A stretch of 64,000 nt of DNA from Antechinus flavipes. Its lineage: Eukaryota. Position 1 is the stretch's first letter. Each line of letters opens with the position of its first letter. The DNA is taken from the NCBI RefSeq assembly GCF_016432865.1, contig NC_067401.1, positions 65,844,001 through 65,908,000 of the forward strand, written 5' to 3'. The position numbers and the translations under genes are program-made. The notes below the pieces were generated by a model. That model was not told the origin of the DNA. It searched no databases and saw nothing but the letters and a program-made list of their open reading frames with translations. Below, in pieces: positions 11,252 through 24,140 of this stretch.

Positions 11252-14200
11252 TACCTCAGTTGATTTTCACATCTTTGTGTTTCCAGTATCATATCCCTAT
11301 TTTGTAGATGAGAAATTGAGGCTGAGAAAGTTTCAGTAATGTGCCTTTGATCACACAGATCTCTAGGATTCACTATACCAGCAAAACAGGTTAGAGGAAG
11401 CAAACCAAATCTTTCAGTTAGGTTGAAGCAATCTAAATAGCCAATGAACACATCACTGAGATAGATTCAGTAAGCGTGACCCAAAAGAAAAATGGTCTCT
11501 AGGACTATTTTTTCATGGTCAGAAGGAGCTAAGTTTCCAGTTCTGTCCTATTATTTTTTTAAAATATAGCATGCCCTTTATTATATTTATATATGCACAT
11601 GTCACAAAGCATATTTCTCCCTTATTAGATCATAAGCTTCTTGAAGGCAGGGATTTTCTTGCTTCTTTATCCTGATACATTGCAGAGCATCTTTCATGGA
11701 GAGGGATCATGTCTTAGTAGTTATTTAGTACAAATCTCTCATTTTACATTGAAGAGGTCGAGATGTGTCCAAGATGTGTCCAAACAGCTAGAAAATGACC
11801 TATTTGTGAGCCAAACCAGGTCCTCTGACCCGAAATTCAGGGCTCTTAGATACTTAATTTTAATGTCTGTTGTCTTAAATTGGAAATTCACAAATGATCA
11901 AATAAGAGAGAAATTTTTGCTTTAAAACTGTTTCATCTTTTTCTTGTATCCCCCCCCCCATTTACAACATAGTGAACATTTTCTGTTAACAATTCTATTA
12001 AGCTGTCATGAAAGGCACATTTAAGTTTCAGCCTCCAGTAGATATGCCCATCATATTGCTAGGGACACAGCTGAACCAATAAATATTACATTCCCTAGAC
12101 ATTTGCCAATTTCCTCCAAACACTCCTGCAAAAAGATTTTAAAAACTGCCAATAATTCTTGACATGATGATCTATTTAATTACATGGGAAAGTCAAGAAC
12201 CTTACAATGTAATATAATACATGAATTTATAACTGTTAAATCAGGCAAATTTATTGCAGCTCATTTATTGAACTATTTTCATGGACTTACCCCAAAAAAG
12301 AGAGTTAATTGCATCAGGCAATTGCATGATATTTCCATCTCTCACATGTGAGGATACTTAGATCCCTAGTGATTTGTTATTGAGATGTAAGTTGGTAAAC
12401 AAATATCCCGCTCCATCAAATCATGTTAGTTCAACCCACACTTTCTTTTTCTCAGGCTATAAGTAAACCCTCAGTTCATTGTTGTTTCAGTTCACATCTG
12501 TCATTTTTAAACTCTTTAGTCTATTAATGCATAAAGGTCAGTGAGAAATTAAAAAGGATTCATGATGATAAAAAAAACTAAAGATGTTAGTTTATACTAA
12601 TAATCTTAAATATTAGAGAAAATGAGCTTCCACATTATCTGAGGTTTAATTCAGCCAAATGATGGGGGTATGAAGGGGGTTGGAACCATTTGTACTGATA
12701 GAGGACATTGGCCTTTGGGCCATGTTGGTGTTATAAGCAGCAGCATATCTAAGCAGCAAGTAACATTGTGAGGTTGCTGGTATTTATAGTCCAGTCTTCA
12801 GGATTACATATATACGTATATACATATATAGATGTATATATGTATGTGTGTGTATATATATATTAAGAACAAAGGAAACAATGAATGGAGTTAAGAGTTT
12901 TTGTGGCAGTGAGGGGCGGCTTGTGTTAGCATAACCTACCGATGTATAGCCTATTCCATGAAGGCAACAGGAGGACAGGTCCTCCTCGAAATCGGATGAG
13001 AATTGATCCCTAAGAGGACTGGTACTTCTCCCCAGGCTTAGTATCTGGATATGGTAGAGATCTCTTACCATATCCAGCTTCATTTACCCTATCATGGAAC
13101 GAGTTGAGAGATCTCAGTAGCCAGCCCCTAAAGAAGCAGTGCCGGTATTATTCCTCTCCCCTAAATTAATTTCAGCACTTTATGTCCTGGCAGCAATGTG
13201 ACTACCTATTGCCATTCCCCAACCAGAGCCCAATAAGAGAGCTTAAACTCTACTGGGTATTGTGATACATAAGACAGATAAATGCATTTCATGTAATTTA
13301 AGGTAGGCAATAGCAATAAAAACCAGGGGAATCATGAAAAAACTTCCTGAAGGAAAAAATAAGGATTCTAAGAGGTAAAGATGAAGAAAGAGTATGGGAG
13401 AAGTTTGAGGTAGAATGTCAAATTTCAGGAATTGACCAGAAATCTGGTTTGTTTGAAATAGAAAGTTTGATGTAAGGTGTAATGTGAAATAAGGAGGCAA
13501 AACCATTATTAGATCCATCAACAAATTCTGCTGAGAGCCATTTGAGACTAGAGATTATCATAGGACTATGCAAAAAGTCATTTCTGAAAAAGAGTTAAAT
13601 GAGCTTTCAGATTAGTTGAGATGACACTTCTGGGATTTTTAATAAGCATAGTCATCTAGCTCAAAGATAGAATGAATTGGACAAGTCACCTAATCCTGTT
13701 TGCCTCAGTTTCCTCATCTGTAAAATGAACTGGAGAGGAAATGGCAAACCATTCCAGTATCTCTACTATGAAAATCCCAAAGTGTCCATATGAATAATCA
13801 ACTAAACAACAACAACAGCATCTACTTCACAGAATCAAAGGACTTAATATGTGTAAAGTATGTTGTAAACCTTAAAGTAATACATAAGTGCAAGCTATAA
13901 TTGTCAACTCAAGTGCTACACTCTACCATTCTACTCTAGACTTTTTCTTATTTCCTCAATTTAGGTGGAGGAGGACCCAATTGGCCTTTATGTTAATTTT
14001 ATATACAGAGTATCCCAAAAGTACAGCTTTATGCTTTAAGATTCAGAGGATAGCCTGTTTATTTGTTATTTTACTTACCTCAATACCTCTTGTTTCCTCC
14101 CAAGAGAATGCAAACTCTTTGAAGGCAGAGTCTTCTGTTCTCTTTTTAGCAGACACTAAACAGATGTTTGTTGAATAAATTAAATGGATGAATTGAATGA

Positions 14201-14434
14201 GCTGGCTGGATCAAATGGATGAATGGAGGTTATACATCTGAAGCAAAGATGAATCTTGTTTAACACTAACAACCTGAAAAAGTCTATCATTGACTTCTGG
14301 CTTCTTTTACTCATCCTCTTCCCATTTTCCATTACTCTCAGTCCTAAACTTACCCCTTCTTTTGATGATGATATATTCATGACAGTGGGTCTCTAGTTTA
14401 AAGGATTTATGGATATTTTTGTCATTTTTCCTCC

Positions 14435-14800
14435 TACATTTTTATTTAAAGTTTTGAGTTCCCTATTGTATCTTTCTTTCCTTCCTCTCTTCCCTCCCCA
14501 GATGGTAAGCAATCAGCTATGTTATATATGTGCAATTATGTAAAACATTTTCATATTAGTCATTTTGTATAAGAAAACTCAAATAAAAGAAAAAATGGAA
14601 AAAAGAAAGTGAAAAATAGCAATTCAGTCTGTATGCAATCAATATCAGTTCTTTTTCTGGAGGAGGGATAGTATGCTTCATCATTAATCCTTTGGAATTG
14701 TCTTGGATGACCCTTACTGAGAATAACTAAGTCATTCACAATTCTTCATTGTCCAATATTGCTATTACTGTGTACAATGTTCTCCTGGTTCTGAATACAA
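14435..14800 (-). mobile_element. L1 3' UTR fragment
   Basis: Reverse complement of the marsupial L1 3' UTR. Confidence 0.7.
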
Positions 14801-14869
14801 AGTATTGCTAGTCTTAAAGATTTAAAAAGAATTTATCTTGTCATGTACAGTGCTTAACACAGTGCCTCG

Positions 14870-15122
14870 TGTTATGGACCAGAACTCTGAACTTGAAACA
14901 AAGGAGTCTTACAAGATACTAAGTCAGTGGAATTGATAGAGACAATAGTTAACTAATTTAGCATGGTTCAGTATGATTGACTTAAACCTACAAGGAGATG
15001 TTATGGGTCAGAACTTGAAACAAGGTACTAAGTGGAATTAAGGAGACAATCTAGTTTAGCATTGATTTAATCCTACAACAAATAATGGTTTCCTAGTGAT
15101 ATAATGATTGGTTTATACTCAA
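14870..15122 (+). mobile_element. 5' half of an LTR related to the 23.1 kb LTR, with an internal tandem duplication
   Basis: Starts TGTTATGG; shares CTTGAAACAA...AGTGGAATT with the 23126 LTR; two imperfect units start at 14870 and 15000; truncated at the L1 junction. Confidence 0.75.
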
Positions 15123-17445
15123 CTTGTTTTTTAGGATTGTATTAGTTAATATTTTTTATTGTATTTTGATCTGAAAAGGATGTGTTTACTATTTTTGCTT
15201 TTCTGCATTTGGTTGTGAGATTTTTACGTCTGAATATGTGGTCAGTTTTCGTGTAGGTGTCACATGCTGATGAGAAAAAGATATAATCCTTTCTATTACT
15301 CTTCAATTTTCTGTAAACAGCTATCATATCTAATTTAACCAGAATTTTCTTCACCTCTTTATTTTTTTGTTAAATTTATCTAGTTCTGAGAGGGGAAAGT
15401 TGAGGCCCTGCACTAGTATAGTTTTATTGTCTATTTCCTCCTGAAATCTGTCGTTTCTTCAGAAATTTAGATGTTATATTATTGGATGCATATATGTTTA
15501 GTATTGATGTGACTTCATTGTCTATGGTACCTTTCAGCAAGATAAAATTTTCCCTCTTTATCTCTTCTAATTAGATCTATTTTTGCTTTTGCTTTGTTTG
15601 AAACCATGATTGCTACCTCTGCTTTCTTTGCTTCAGCTGAAGCATAATAAACTCTGTTCCAGCCTTTTATCCTACAAATATCTATGTGCTTCAAATGTCT
15701 TCTTGTAAACAACATATTGTAAGCTTCTGGTTTTTAATCTGTTCTGCTATCTGCTTCCATTTTACGGATGAGTTCATTCCATTCACATTTATAGTTATAA
15801 CTATGTATTTCTCTTCATGCTCTCTTTTGCTTATTACCCCTTCTTTGATTTCTCACTCTTTCCCTCCTCAAAAATATTTTACTACTAATCAGTGCCTTTC
15901 CTAGTATACCCTCCCTTTTATCAGCCCTGCCCTCTATTCTATTAGCCCCATTCCTTTTTTACTTCCTTATAAGTAAATCCTAAATCCAAATGAATGTATA
16001 GCTATTTCCTCTTTGAGTCAATTTTGATGAAAGTAAGATTTAAGCTTTTCCTGTCACACATCCTACCCCCACCTTCTCCTTCATATTATAATAGTTCTCT
16101 CATGTCTGTTTTATGTTGGATAATTTACCCCCATTCAAACTCCTCCCCCCCCCTTCCACTTCTAGTGTTATTTTCTTTTTTGACATTTTATTTTGTTGGG
16201 AGTATTTGGGGAGAGGAGAATATCATTCCATTCAAGTTACCTTATGTCCACATCCTCTGTCTATTTCTAATTGCACTTTATAGTAATAAAATTGAGTAAC
16301 AAATATTTTATCATATAGAAATATAAACACAAAAATTTCTTATTTTTTCTCTTATTTCTTTTTTTTGCCTTTTTATGTTTCCCTTGAGTCTTGTATTTGG
16401 AGGTTAATTGGAGGTCACAAATTTTTTTTACAATTTTTTTTATTAGAAATGCTTGAAAGTTCTCTGTTTCATTAAATAGCCACACCCCGCCCCCCAAAAA
16501 AGTTATAATCAATTTTGCTAGATAAGTGATTCTTGGTTACAATTCTAACTCTGTTGTCTTCCGGTATATCATATTTCAATCCCTCCAGTTCTATAACATG
16601 GAAGTTGCCAAGTCCTGTGTAATCTTGACTACAGGTTCATGATATTTGGATTGTTTCTTTTGGGCTTTTTGCAATATTTTCTCTTTGATCTGTGAGTTCT
16701 GGAATTTGGTTATGATATTCCTAGAAGTTTTCATTTTGGGATCTCTTTCAGGTAGTGATTGGCAGATTTTTTTCAATTTCTATTTTGCCCTCTGGTTTTA
16801 ATATCAGGACAGTTTTCTTTGAAAATTTCTTGAAAGATGTTGTCCAGATTTTAATTTTGATCATGGTTTTCAAGAAGTCTAATAATTCTTATATTATCTC
16901 TCTGGGGTCTATTTTCTATGTCTTTTCATGTTTTTCTGATGAGAAATTTCACATTTGCTTCTATTTTTAAAAATTTGATTTTGTTTTATTGTATCTTGAT
17001 GTCTCATAGTTAATAGTTTCCTCTTCTTTGATTCTAATTTTTAAGGAATTATTTTCTTTAATGAGTTTCTGTACTTCTTTTTTACATTTGGCCAGTTCTA
17101 TTTTTAGAGAGTTATTTTCCTTGGTAAATTTTTATATATCTTTTTCCATGCTACTGTCTCTCTTGCATTACTTTCATTTATTTTCCCAATTTTTCTTCTT
17201 TTCTAATTTACTTTTCAAAATTCTTCTTAAACTCTTCAAGAAATTCTCTTTAGGCCCAAGACTAAATTATATACACACACACACACAGCCAGAGCCAGAG
17301 CCAGAGCCAGGGAGAGCCAGAGAGAGGTTTTACATGTAGCCATTTTGATACAATTGTCCTCTTCTAAGTTTGTGCCTTGATCCTCCCACACTATGATCAC
17401 CATAGTAACTTTCTATAATCAAGTTCTTTTTACATTTTTTGCTTT
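15123..17445 (-). mobile_element. L1 5' portion: ORF1, inter-ORF spacer, ORF2 endonuclease (decayed)
   Basis: ORF 16591..16776 KTSRNIITKFQNSQIKEKILQKA (ORF1p C-terminus); ORF 15515..15715 KGWNRVYYASAEAKKAEVAIMVSNKAKAKIDLIRRDKEG (endonuclease); marsupial ORF1 N-terminal-like sequence at about 17340-17440. Confidence 0.9.

Positions 17446-17447
<2 letters not shown>

Positions 17448-17525
<78 letters not shown>
17448..17525. repeat. Compound microsatellite (TG)n(AG)n; (CA)n and (CCAGAG)n at about 17270-17325
   Basis: Directly visible. Confidence 0.95.
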
Positions 17526-17527
<2 letters not shown>

Positions 17528-17528
<1 letters not shown>

Positions 17529-18632
17529 ACTATCCCTTGTTCTCCTAATTTGCTTATAGTATCAGCCTTTATGTCTAAATCATGAACCCCTTCAAATTCT
17601 CAACCTTTTGTTCTTCCAGATGAATTTTTAAATATTTTTTCCTAACTCTATAATTTTTTGGCAGTTTGGTGGTCATGGCATTGAATAAGTAGATTAATTT
17701 AGGTAGAATTGTCATTTTTATTGTATTTGCTCGGCCTACCCATGAGACTTGATAATTGTTTAGATCTAACTTTATTTGTGTGGAAAATGTTTTGTGTTCA
17801 TAAAGTTCCTGGCTTTGTCTTGGAAGATAAACTTTCAAATATTTTACATTATTTACAACTATTTTAAATGGAATTTCTCTGTATCTCTTGCTGCTGGACT
17901 TTGTTGGTAACATATAGAAATGCCAATGATTAATATGGATTTATTTTGTATCTTGCAACTTTGCTGAAGTTATTCATTGTTTCTAGTGGTTTTTTAGTTG
18001 ATTCTCTAGGATTCTTTCAGTATACTGTCATGTCATCTACAAAGAGGATAATTTAATTTCCTCATTACCTACTCTTAATTCCTTTCATTTCTTTTTCTTT
18101 CCTTATTGCTAAAGCTAACATTTCTAATACAATATTGAATAGTAATGGTAATAGCAGACAACCTTGTTTCACCTCTGATCTTATTAGGAATGGTTCTTGT
18201 TTATTCCTATTACAAGAAATGCTTGCTGATGGTTTTAGATAGATGCTACTTATCATTTTAAGGAAAATTCCATTTATTCCTATGCTCTCTAGTGTTTTTA
18301 ACAGAGAGAGTGTTTCTTTTATGTATCTATTAATATAATATGATTTGAGTTTGGTTATTGATATAGTCAATTAAGCTAATACTTTTCCTAATATTAAACC
18401 AGTCCTGCATTCCCGATATATCCTACTTGGGCATAGTATATTATCCCAGTGACAAGTTATTGTAATCTCTTTACTAATATTTTATTTAAGATTTTCGCAT
18501 CAACATTCATTAGGAAAATTCATCTAGAATTTTCCTTCTCTGTTTTGACCTGGCCTGGTTTAAGTATCAGCATCATATCTGTGGCATAAAAGGAATTTTG
18601 TAGGAACTACTTCTTTCCCTATTTTTTCCAAA
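17528..18632 (-). mobile_element. L1 ORF2 reverse-transcriptase fragment (decayed)
   Basis: ORF 18065..18370 (SIYLKPSASI...VKQGCLLLPLLFNIVLEMLALAIR) and ORF 17575..17913 (SWVGRANTIKMTILPKLIYLFNA). Confidence 0.92.
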
Positions 18633-20305
18633 CTTAGCTGTTTGAATATGATTACAAAATGATACAGGGAGTAATTAAAGGGACTGCTATACCCCTCTTC
18701 TACTTCTTAATTCATTCTCTGATTTTCCATTTTTCTCTTGACCTTCCTCCTTGCTTTCTCAATCCTTTACTTATAATACTTGCATGCCCCAACAACATGT
18801 TCTGTTTTAATGATTCACTAGTCAATACCCTAAAAGCCCAACTCTCACATCTTGGACCTTCTATTGCTCAGGACTCCTAAAAAATTGATTTACAAACATT
18901 TCTAGGGAAAGTGAATAAATCAAGCTCCCTTTAACCTCTATAAACATATGCTTGTTTAATCACAGCTGACCCCTAACTTCTGCACAAATGTCTAATTTTC
19001 TTAGACTCCAGTTTAACTGGAATGTAGACACTGACTTTTGAACAGGCTGCTGATAGTTAGGAAGTGAAGCAGGGACCCTGCTATATCATAGGCAGAGTAA
19101 CATTCAAGAGCTCTAAGTAGTGGGTCCCACAATTACCAAGGCATTTTCCCACTTTTTAACTAAAAACCTAGATAAAGGTGAACTTCATCCCTGGATGATG
19201 CTGAGGAAGAAGAGGGCAAGAAAGTATGCTCAAATACATTTAATATTGGCTACTGAGAATTTACTTAAGATTTATTTCATTTCCTTTTCTGTTCTAAGTA
19301 AATGCTTTCATCAATTGATGATGTGGTCTTCTTTGTTAGAGTGGTAATAACTGAGTATCAAAGCTTGAGTTGACATTATAAGTCTCAGATTTCATCCTGT
19401 GGTATGAGAATGAATCATATTTGAAGCTACTTATTTCCAATTAGAAGTTTCTGGTTTCACCTTAGGGGAGCACAAGCTATGACAGGTTGACCTATGTCCA
19501 AAATAATCCTCACTGAACCCTGTAATTTGTGGGAACTCTAGAATGGGATGAAAAGAAAGCTGAAGTAGCAGTTCCATTTTTTTTCACACTATCTTTGGAT
19601 GATATCTAGAGAAGACTTTTAGAAGCTATATAGACACAGAACGATAAGAATAGGAACCAGATCTGCGATTTATTAGTTATAGGATATTCTAAGGTGAGGA
19701 AACTCCCTCTACCAATGCAGTATCTATCAGTCTTGGTTATCTAAAGCATAAGGGGTAAATGATATGCCCAGGGTCACATAGCCAGTATGGGTCAGAGGTG
19801 AAACATGAACCCTAGTAATACTACAACAAGAATAAAAACAACAAGCAGTTATACAGTATAAGACTGCAAGGTTTGAAAAGCACTTTACATATATTGAGAA
19901 CCTGGAGAAATAGGTTCTAATAATTAGTCCTATTTTACAAATGAGGAAATGAGGACAGAGACATTGAGTTGTCTGAGGTCATGAAGCTAGTTGTGTCTAA
20001 GACCAGATTTGAATTCACATATATCATCCATCTGCTTTGAAGTCTTTTTGACTACTGAGCCAACTCTGTCCACTGCCTGCCTAGAGGCAGATAAAGTAAG
20101 AATAAGCAGTTAAAAATGCCTGAGTCCAAATTCAGCCTCAGGCATATACAACCTATGTGACAGGCACAAGTTACTTCATATTTATCTGCTTCCATTTCCT
20201 GATCTGTAAGATGGGGATAATAATATCTACTTTCCAGGATTGTGAGGTTTAATGAGACAGTATTCATAAAGTACTTGGCACAGTACCTGGTACATGGCAG
20301 GCACT

Positions 20306-20497
20306 NNNNNNNNNNNNNNNNNNNNNNNNNNNNNNNNNNNNNNNNNNNNNNNNNNNNNNNNNNNNNNNNNNNNNNNNNNNNNNNNNNNNNNNNNNNNNNN
20401 NNNNNNNNNNNNNNNNNNNNNNNNNNNNNNNNNNNNNNNNNNNNNNNNNNNNNNNNNNNNNNNNNNNNNNNNNNNNNNNNNNNNNNNNNNNNNNNNN
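20306..20497. other. Assembly gap (192 N)
   Basis: Run of N; ORFs spanning it are artefacts. Confidence 1.
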
Positions 20498-21781
20498 TTT
20501 TCTCTTCTGAAGTTGTATTCAGGCAGAATTGGCATTGACTCTTTGGCTCTAGAAATCACCTTGAGCATCATCATCATTATAAATAGCCCGTAATTAACTA
20601 GCCCTTTAAAGATGGTTTTGCAAACATTTTTCTCCTTTGCTCCCCCAGAACTCTGCATTTCTAAGTGGAGATTTTTATTTGAAATCAAGTATGAGCTTGA
20701 AAATATCTTCTTTTATAATCTCTTCCACAACCATATACCTTGAAATTTTGCTGACTGTCAGCTGTCTTTTCTCATTGCCCAGCTCTGGCCAGCATCAGTG
20801 TCCTTCAGAGGACTTTGCAGTCCTATAGTGTGGCTGGGTCCTAGCCCTAGAAGGCTGAGTCACCTAAAAAATGCAAAGAAGCTTCCCAAGGAGCCTGCTA
20901 TGGAGGGGCTGACTTCATTTCTGCAGCCACGTGGGGCTGAAGACAACTGGCTGCAGGACAACCTGTCATCTGACCGCTTTATCCTTAGCCTTAGGTAAAG
21001 ATGCCTTTTTATTCTTTTGCAAAAAAAATATATATATTATATATTAATATATACACACACATATATATATATTAACCTTCTTACCGATTAGTTTGCTGTT
21101 GCATCATTAAAGAGAGAAAGGTATGTTCATTCTTCATCTTGGGGAACACCCCAAACCCCAATAGCTAGATGGTGCAATAGGTAGAGCATTGAGCCTCAAT
21201 CGACTCTCAGACACTCACTCGTGTGACCCTGGAAAAGTCTATTTCACCTCAGTTTCCTCATCTGCAAAATGAGGATAATTATAACACCTACTTCCAGGGT
21301 TGTTATAAGGATCAAATGATACATTTGTAAAATGTCTGGCATATAAGAAGGTGCTTCATAAATGCTTCTTTCCTTCCTTTCTCATACTAATGTTTAAAGA
21401 GTCACATTTGAGATGCAAATTGACAGCTCTACTTTCGTAAAGGCATACTTTGGACCCTTAATGAGCTTTATAAATGGAAAGGGGTAGTTGTCATTGTTCA
21501 ATTGTCCTAGGTTCTTTTCCAGCTCATTTTATAGAAGCAGAAACTGAAGCGAAAAAGGTTAAGTGACTTTCCCAGGGTCATCCTGCTATTAAGTGTCTAA
21601 GGCCAGATTTGAACTCAGGAAGATGTAACTTCAGGTCTAGCAACTGTTCTGCCACCTGGTGGCCCAGTTCAAGTTTTAGAAGCATAAAATACTAGATCTG
21701 GGTGGAACCTGAGAGACTTAGGTAATTATAGGATTATAAACTTAACCACTAGAAAGAACTTTGAGATCATCTGATTCTAAA

Positions 21782-22012
21782 TTAGTGGTTCACAAGCTTT
21801 TTAGTCTCAGGACTCCTTTACACTCTTGAAAATTATTAAGGATACCCTCTCCCCAAAGTTTTTGTTTATAAGGATTATATCTATGGATATTTATCATATT
21901 GGGAATTTAACTGTCTTAATATTAATATGAAATCATTTATGAAATTGTTAGGACCTTACCAATCCCTTGAAAGAGTTTTAGCTACCCCCAAATCATACTT
22001 TGAGAACTGCTG
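21782..22012. mobile_element. Charlie/MER-type hAT DNA transposon fragment
   Basis: AGTGGTTCACAAGCTTTTTAGTCTCAGGACTCCTTTACACTCTTGAAAATTATT...CTTTGAGAACTGCTG matches Charlie-family ends. Confidence 0.6.
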
Positions 22013-22545
22013 ATCTTGTCCAACCCTATCATATGACACCAGGGAAGAGACTTAACTTGCCTAGTATCACAAAATTAGTCAGAGGAAGGGCCAGGGTTCA
22101 AACCCAACTGTCCTAACTTTCAGGCCAGAGCTCTTTCAACTATATCATTCTGCTTGGTGTAAAGTCATAATAAAAATCAAATACAATGTTAAGATCCCTA
22201 AAGTCTCGTCTCCTTTAAATGGCACTGGAAATGGAAAGGTTCAGAGGTATTTAGAATAATTAGAGTTTGTTATCTGCATAAACCACCAGATGGCATTCTG
22301 AGCTTGAGTTGCTTTCACCCCCAAGTGACTGACCATGAGTGATTTCCTCACATATTGCAGGAGTCCCATCTGGGTCTCAATAGCTTTTAGCCTAAGGACC
22401 GTCTATAGAGCCATATCTCTGTTTAAGGACACAGAGCAGCCTCGATTCCCTATGGCTCCCAGATTTGGAAATCAACCCCACTTCTATCTTCTCTCATTTA
22501 GTCTAGGGTTAAAAATGTGAAAATTGTCATCATGTGGACTTGACT

Positions 22546-22925
22546 CTTCAATAATGGAGTGATTCAAGCCAGTTCCAATAAATCTGTGATGAAGAGAGCT
22601 ATCTGCATTCCACTATCCACACTGTAATGTGGATCACAATATATTATTTTCACCTTTTTTGTTTATTTGGTTGTTTTTTTTCTTTCTCAACCCCTCTTTA
22701 TCTGATTTTTCTTGCACAGCATGATGAATGTGGAAATATGTATAGAAGAATTGCACATGTTTAATCTGTATTGGATTACTTGCTAATTAGGGGAGGGGTG
22801 AGGGGGAGGAAAGGAGAAAAATTTGAAACACAAGGTTTTGCAATGGTGAATGTTGAAAACTCTCTTTGCACGTTATTTTGAAAAATGAAAAAACTATTGT
22901 CATAAAAAAGAAAAAGTTAAAAAAA
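22546..22925 (+). mobile_element. L1 3' UTR fragment
   Basis: GATTCAAGCCAGTTCCAATAAATCTGTGATG...GGGGAGGGGTGAGGGGGAGG...A-rich tail. Confidence 0.8.
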
Positions 22926-23125
22926 GATTATTCTTATGGAAAAAATCCAGCATAATATACTAGATTTGGAATTGAAATCCAATCCTGGCTGTGCTACTTT
23001 ACTATCTATGTGAACTTTAGCAAGTTATTTAACTTCTCTGCTCTTCAGTTTCCTCATCTACAAAATCAGGAACTGGGTAAGATGACCTAAGGGTCTTTTC
23101 CAATTCTAAATCTATGATCTGTAAT

Positions 23126-23517
23126 TGTAAAGAGTCATAACTCTGAAGAAGTATACTTGAAACAAGGTGTTAACTCAGTGGAATTGATGAGATAATGGTT
23201 CTCTAGTTCACATATATCTAGTATGATATAATATAATCATTTAGATTGGCTTATACCCAGTATACTGTAATGATGTAACTGTAATAGGATATATAACCTG
23301 GGGACAAAGTCAGACGAAGAGAAAGACTGGTTGAGACTGACAGACTGCTGGAGGATACTGGCTCAGACTGAGACTGGGTCAAACTATGATAGACACAGAC
23401 TATGAAGGAGACAATAAAGACTTTGGATTCTATTCTTGTCCATCCTCATGGTGACTATCCTGCTGAAATCAAGGCCCTTCTGAGAGAGACCTCCAGAAAG
23501 CTAGCCTGGACTTCACA
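23126..23517 (+). mobile_element. Solo LTR with 6-bp TSD (ERVK/class II-like)
   Basis: TGTAAAG...TTCACA; TGTAAT at both 23120-23125 and 23518-23523; TATATAA at about 23290; AATAAA at 23413-23418. Confidence 0.85.
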
Positions 23518-23821
23518 TGTAATTATTTTATAAATTTATCAGAATGGCTCTCTCTCCATCCCTTTAAGATACTTAACTCTTTCCAACTTTGGAAAACTAA
23601 CTTGTCAAGTCATCCTCACATCTGAAAGGAGAGTTCAGATGCCCATCTTTTGTCAATGTTGTAGAGAGTTCATTCTATACAGAGCAATATGTATTTTGAT
23701 GCACAAACATACAATGTGACTCCACCACAATTAATTTATGCCCTAAAACCCACTGTCCAATTATCTAACCAGGATCCAATTCCCTAATCACCAAATTCAG
23801 ACCAATAAACTTCTATTTAAA

Positions 23822-24140
23822 TCCTTTTTCTTTTTTTTAAATAGTATTTTATTTTTCCAAATACATGCAAAGAAAGGGTTTTTTTTTTCAATTTTTCTTT
23901 TATTTTGGTGAGGCAATTGGGGTTTTGACTTCCCCAGGGTCACACAGCTATTATTAAGTGTTAAGCGTCTAAGATCACATTTGAACCAGGTCCTTCTGAC
24001 TTAAGGGCCAGTGCTCTATCAATTGCACCATCTAGTTTCTCCACAAAGACAGTTTTCAACATTCACCTATGCAAAATTGTATTCTAAATTTTCCTTCTTT
24101 TCTCTTCCCTTTGTCCTCCCCAAATCTGCAAACAATCCAT
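23822..24140 (-). mobile_element. L1 3' UTR fragment interrupted by a WSINE1-like SINE (about 23878-24042)
   Basis: The SINE (T-rich tail, GGCAATTGGGG...AGGGTCACACAGC...GCACCATCTAG) is flanked by imperfect caaagaaag / caaagacag inside L1 UTR sequence. Confidence 0.7.

Noticed and set aside
15142-18370. Several 60-110 aa ORFs
   Set aside because: Fragments of decayed L1 ORF1/ORF2 or their antisense; not host genes.
20227-20688. ORFs 20227..20688, 20242..20538 and 20294..20593
   Set aside because: Open only because they cross the 192-N gap.
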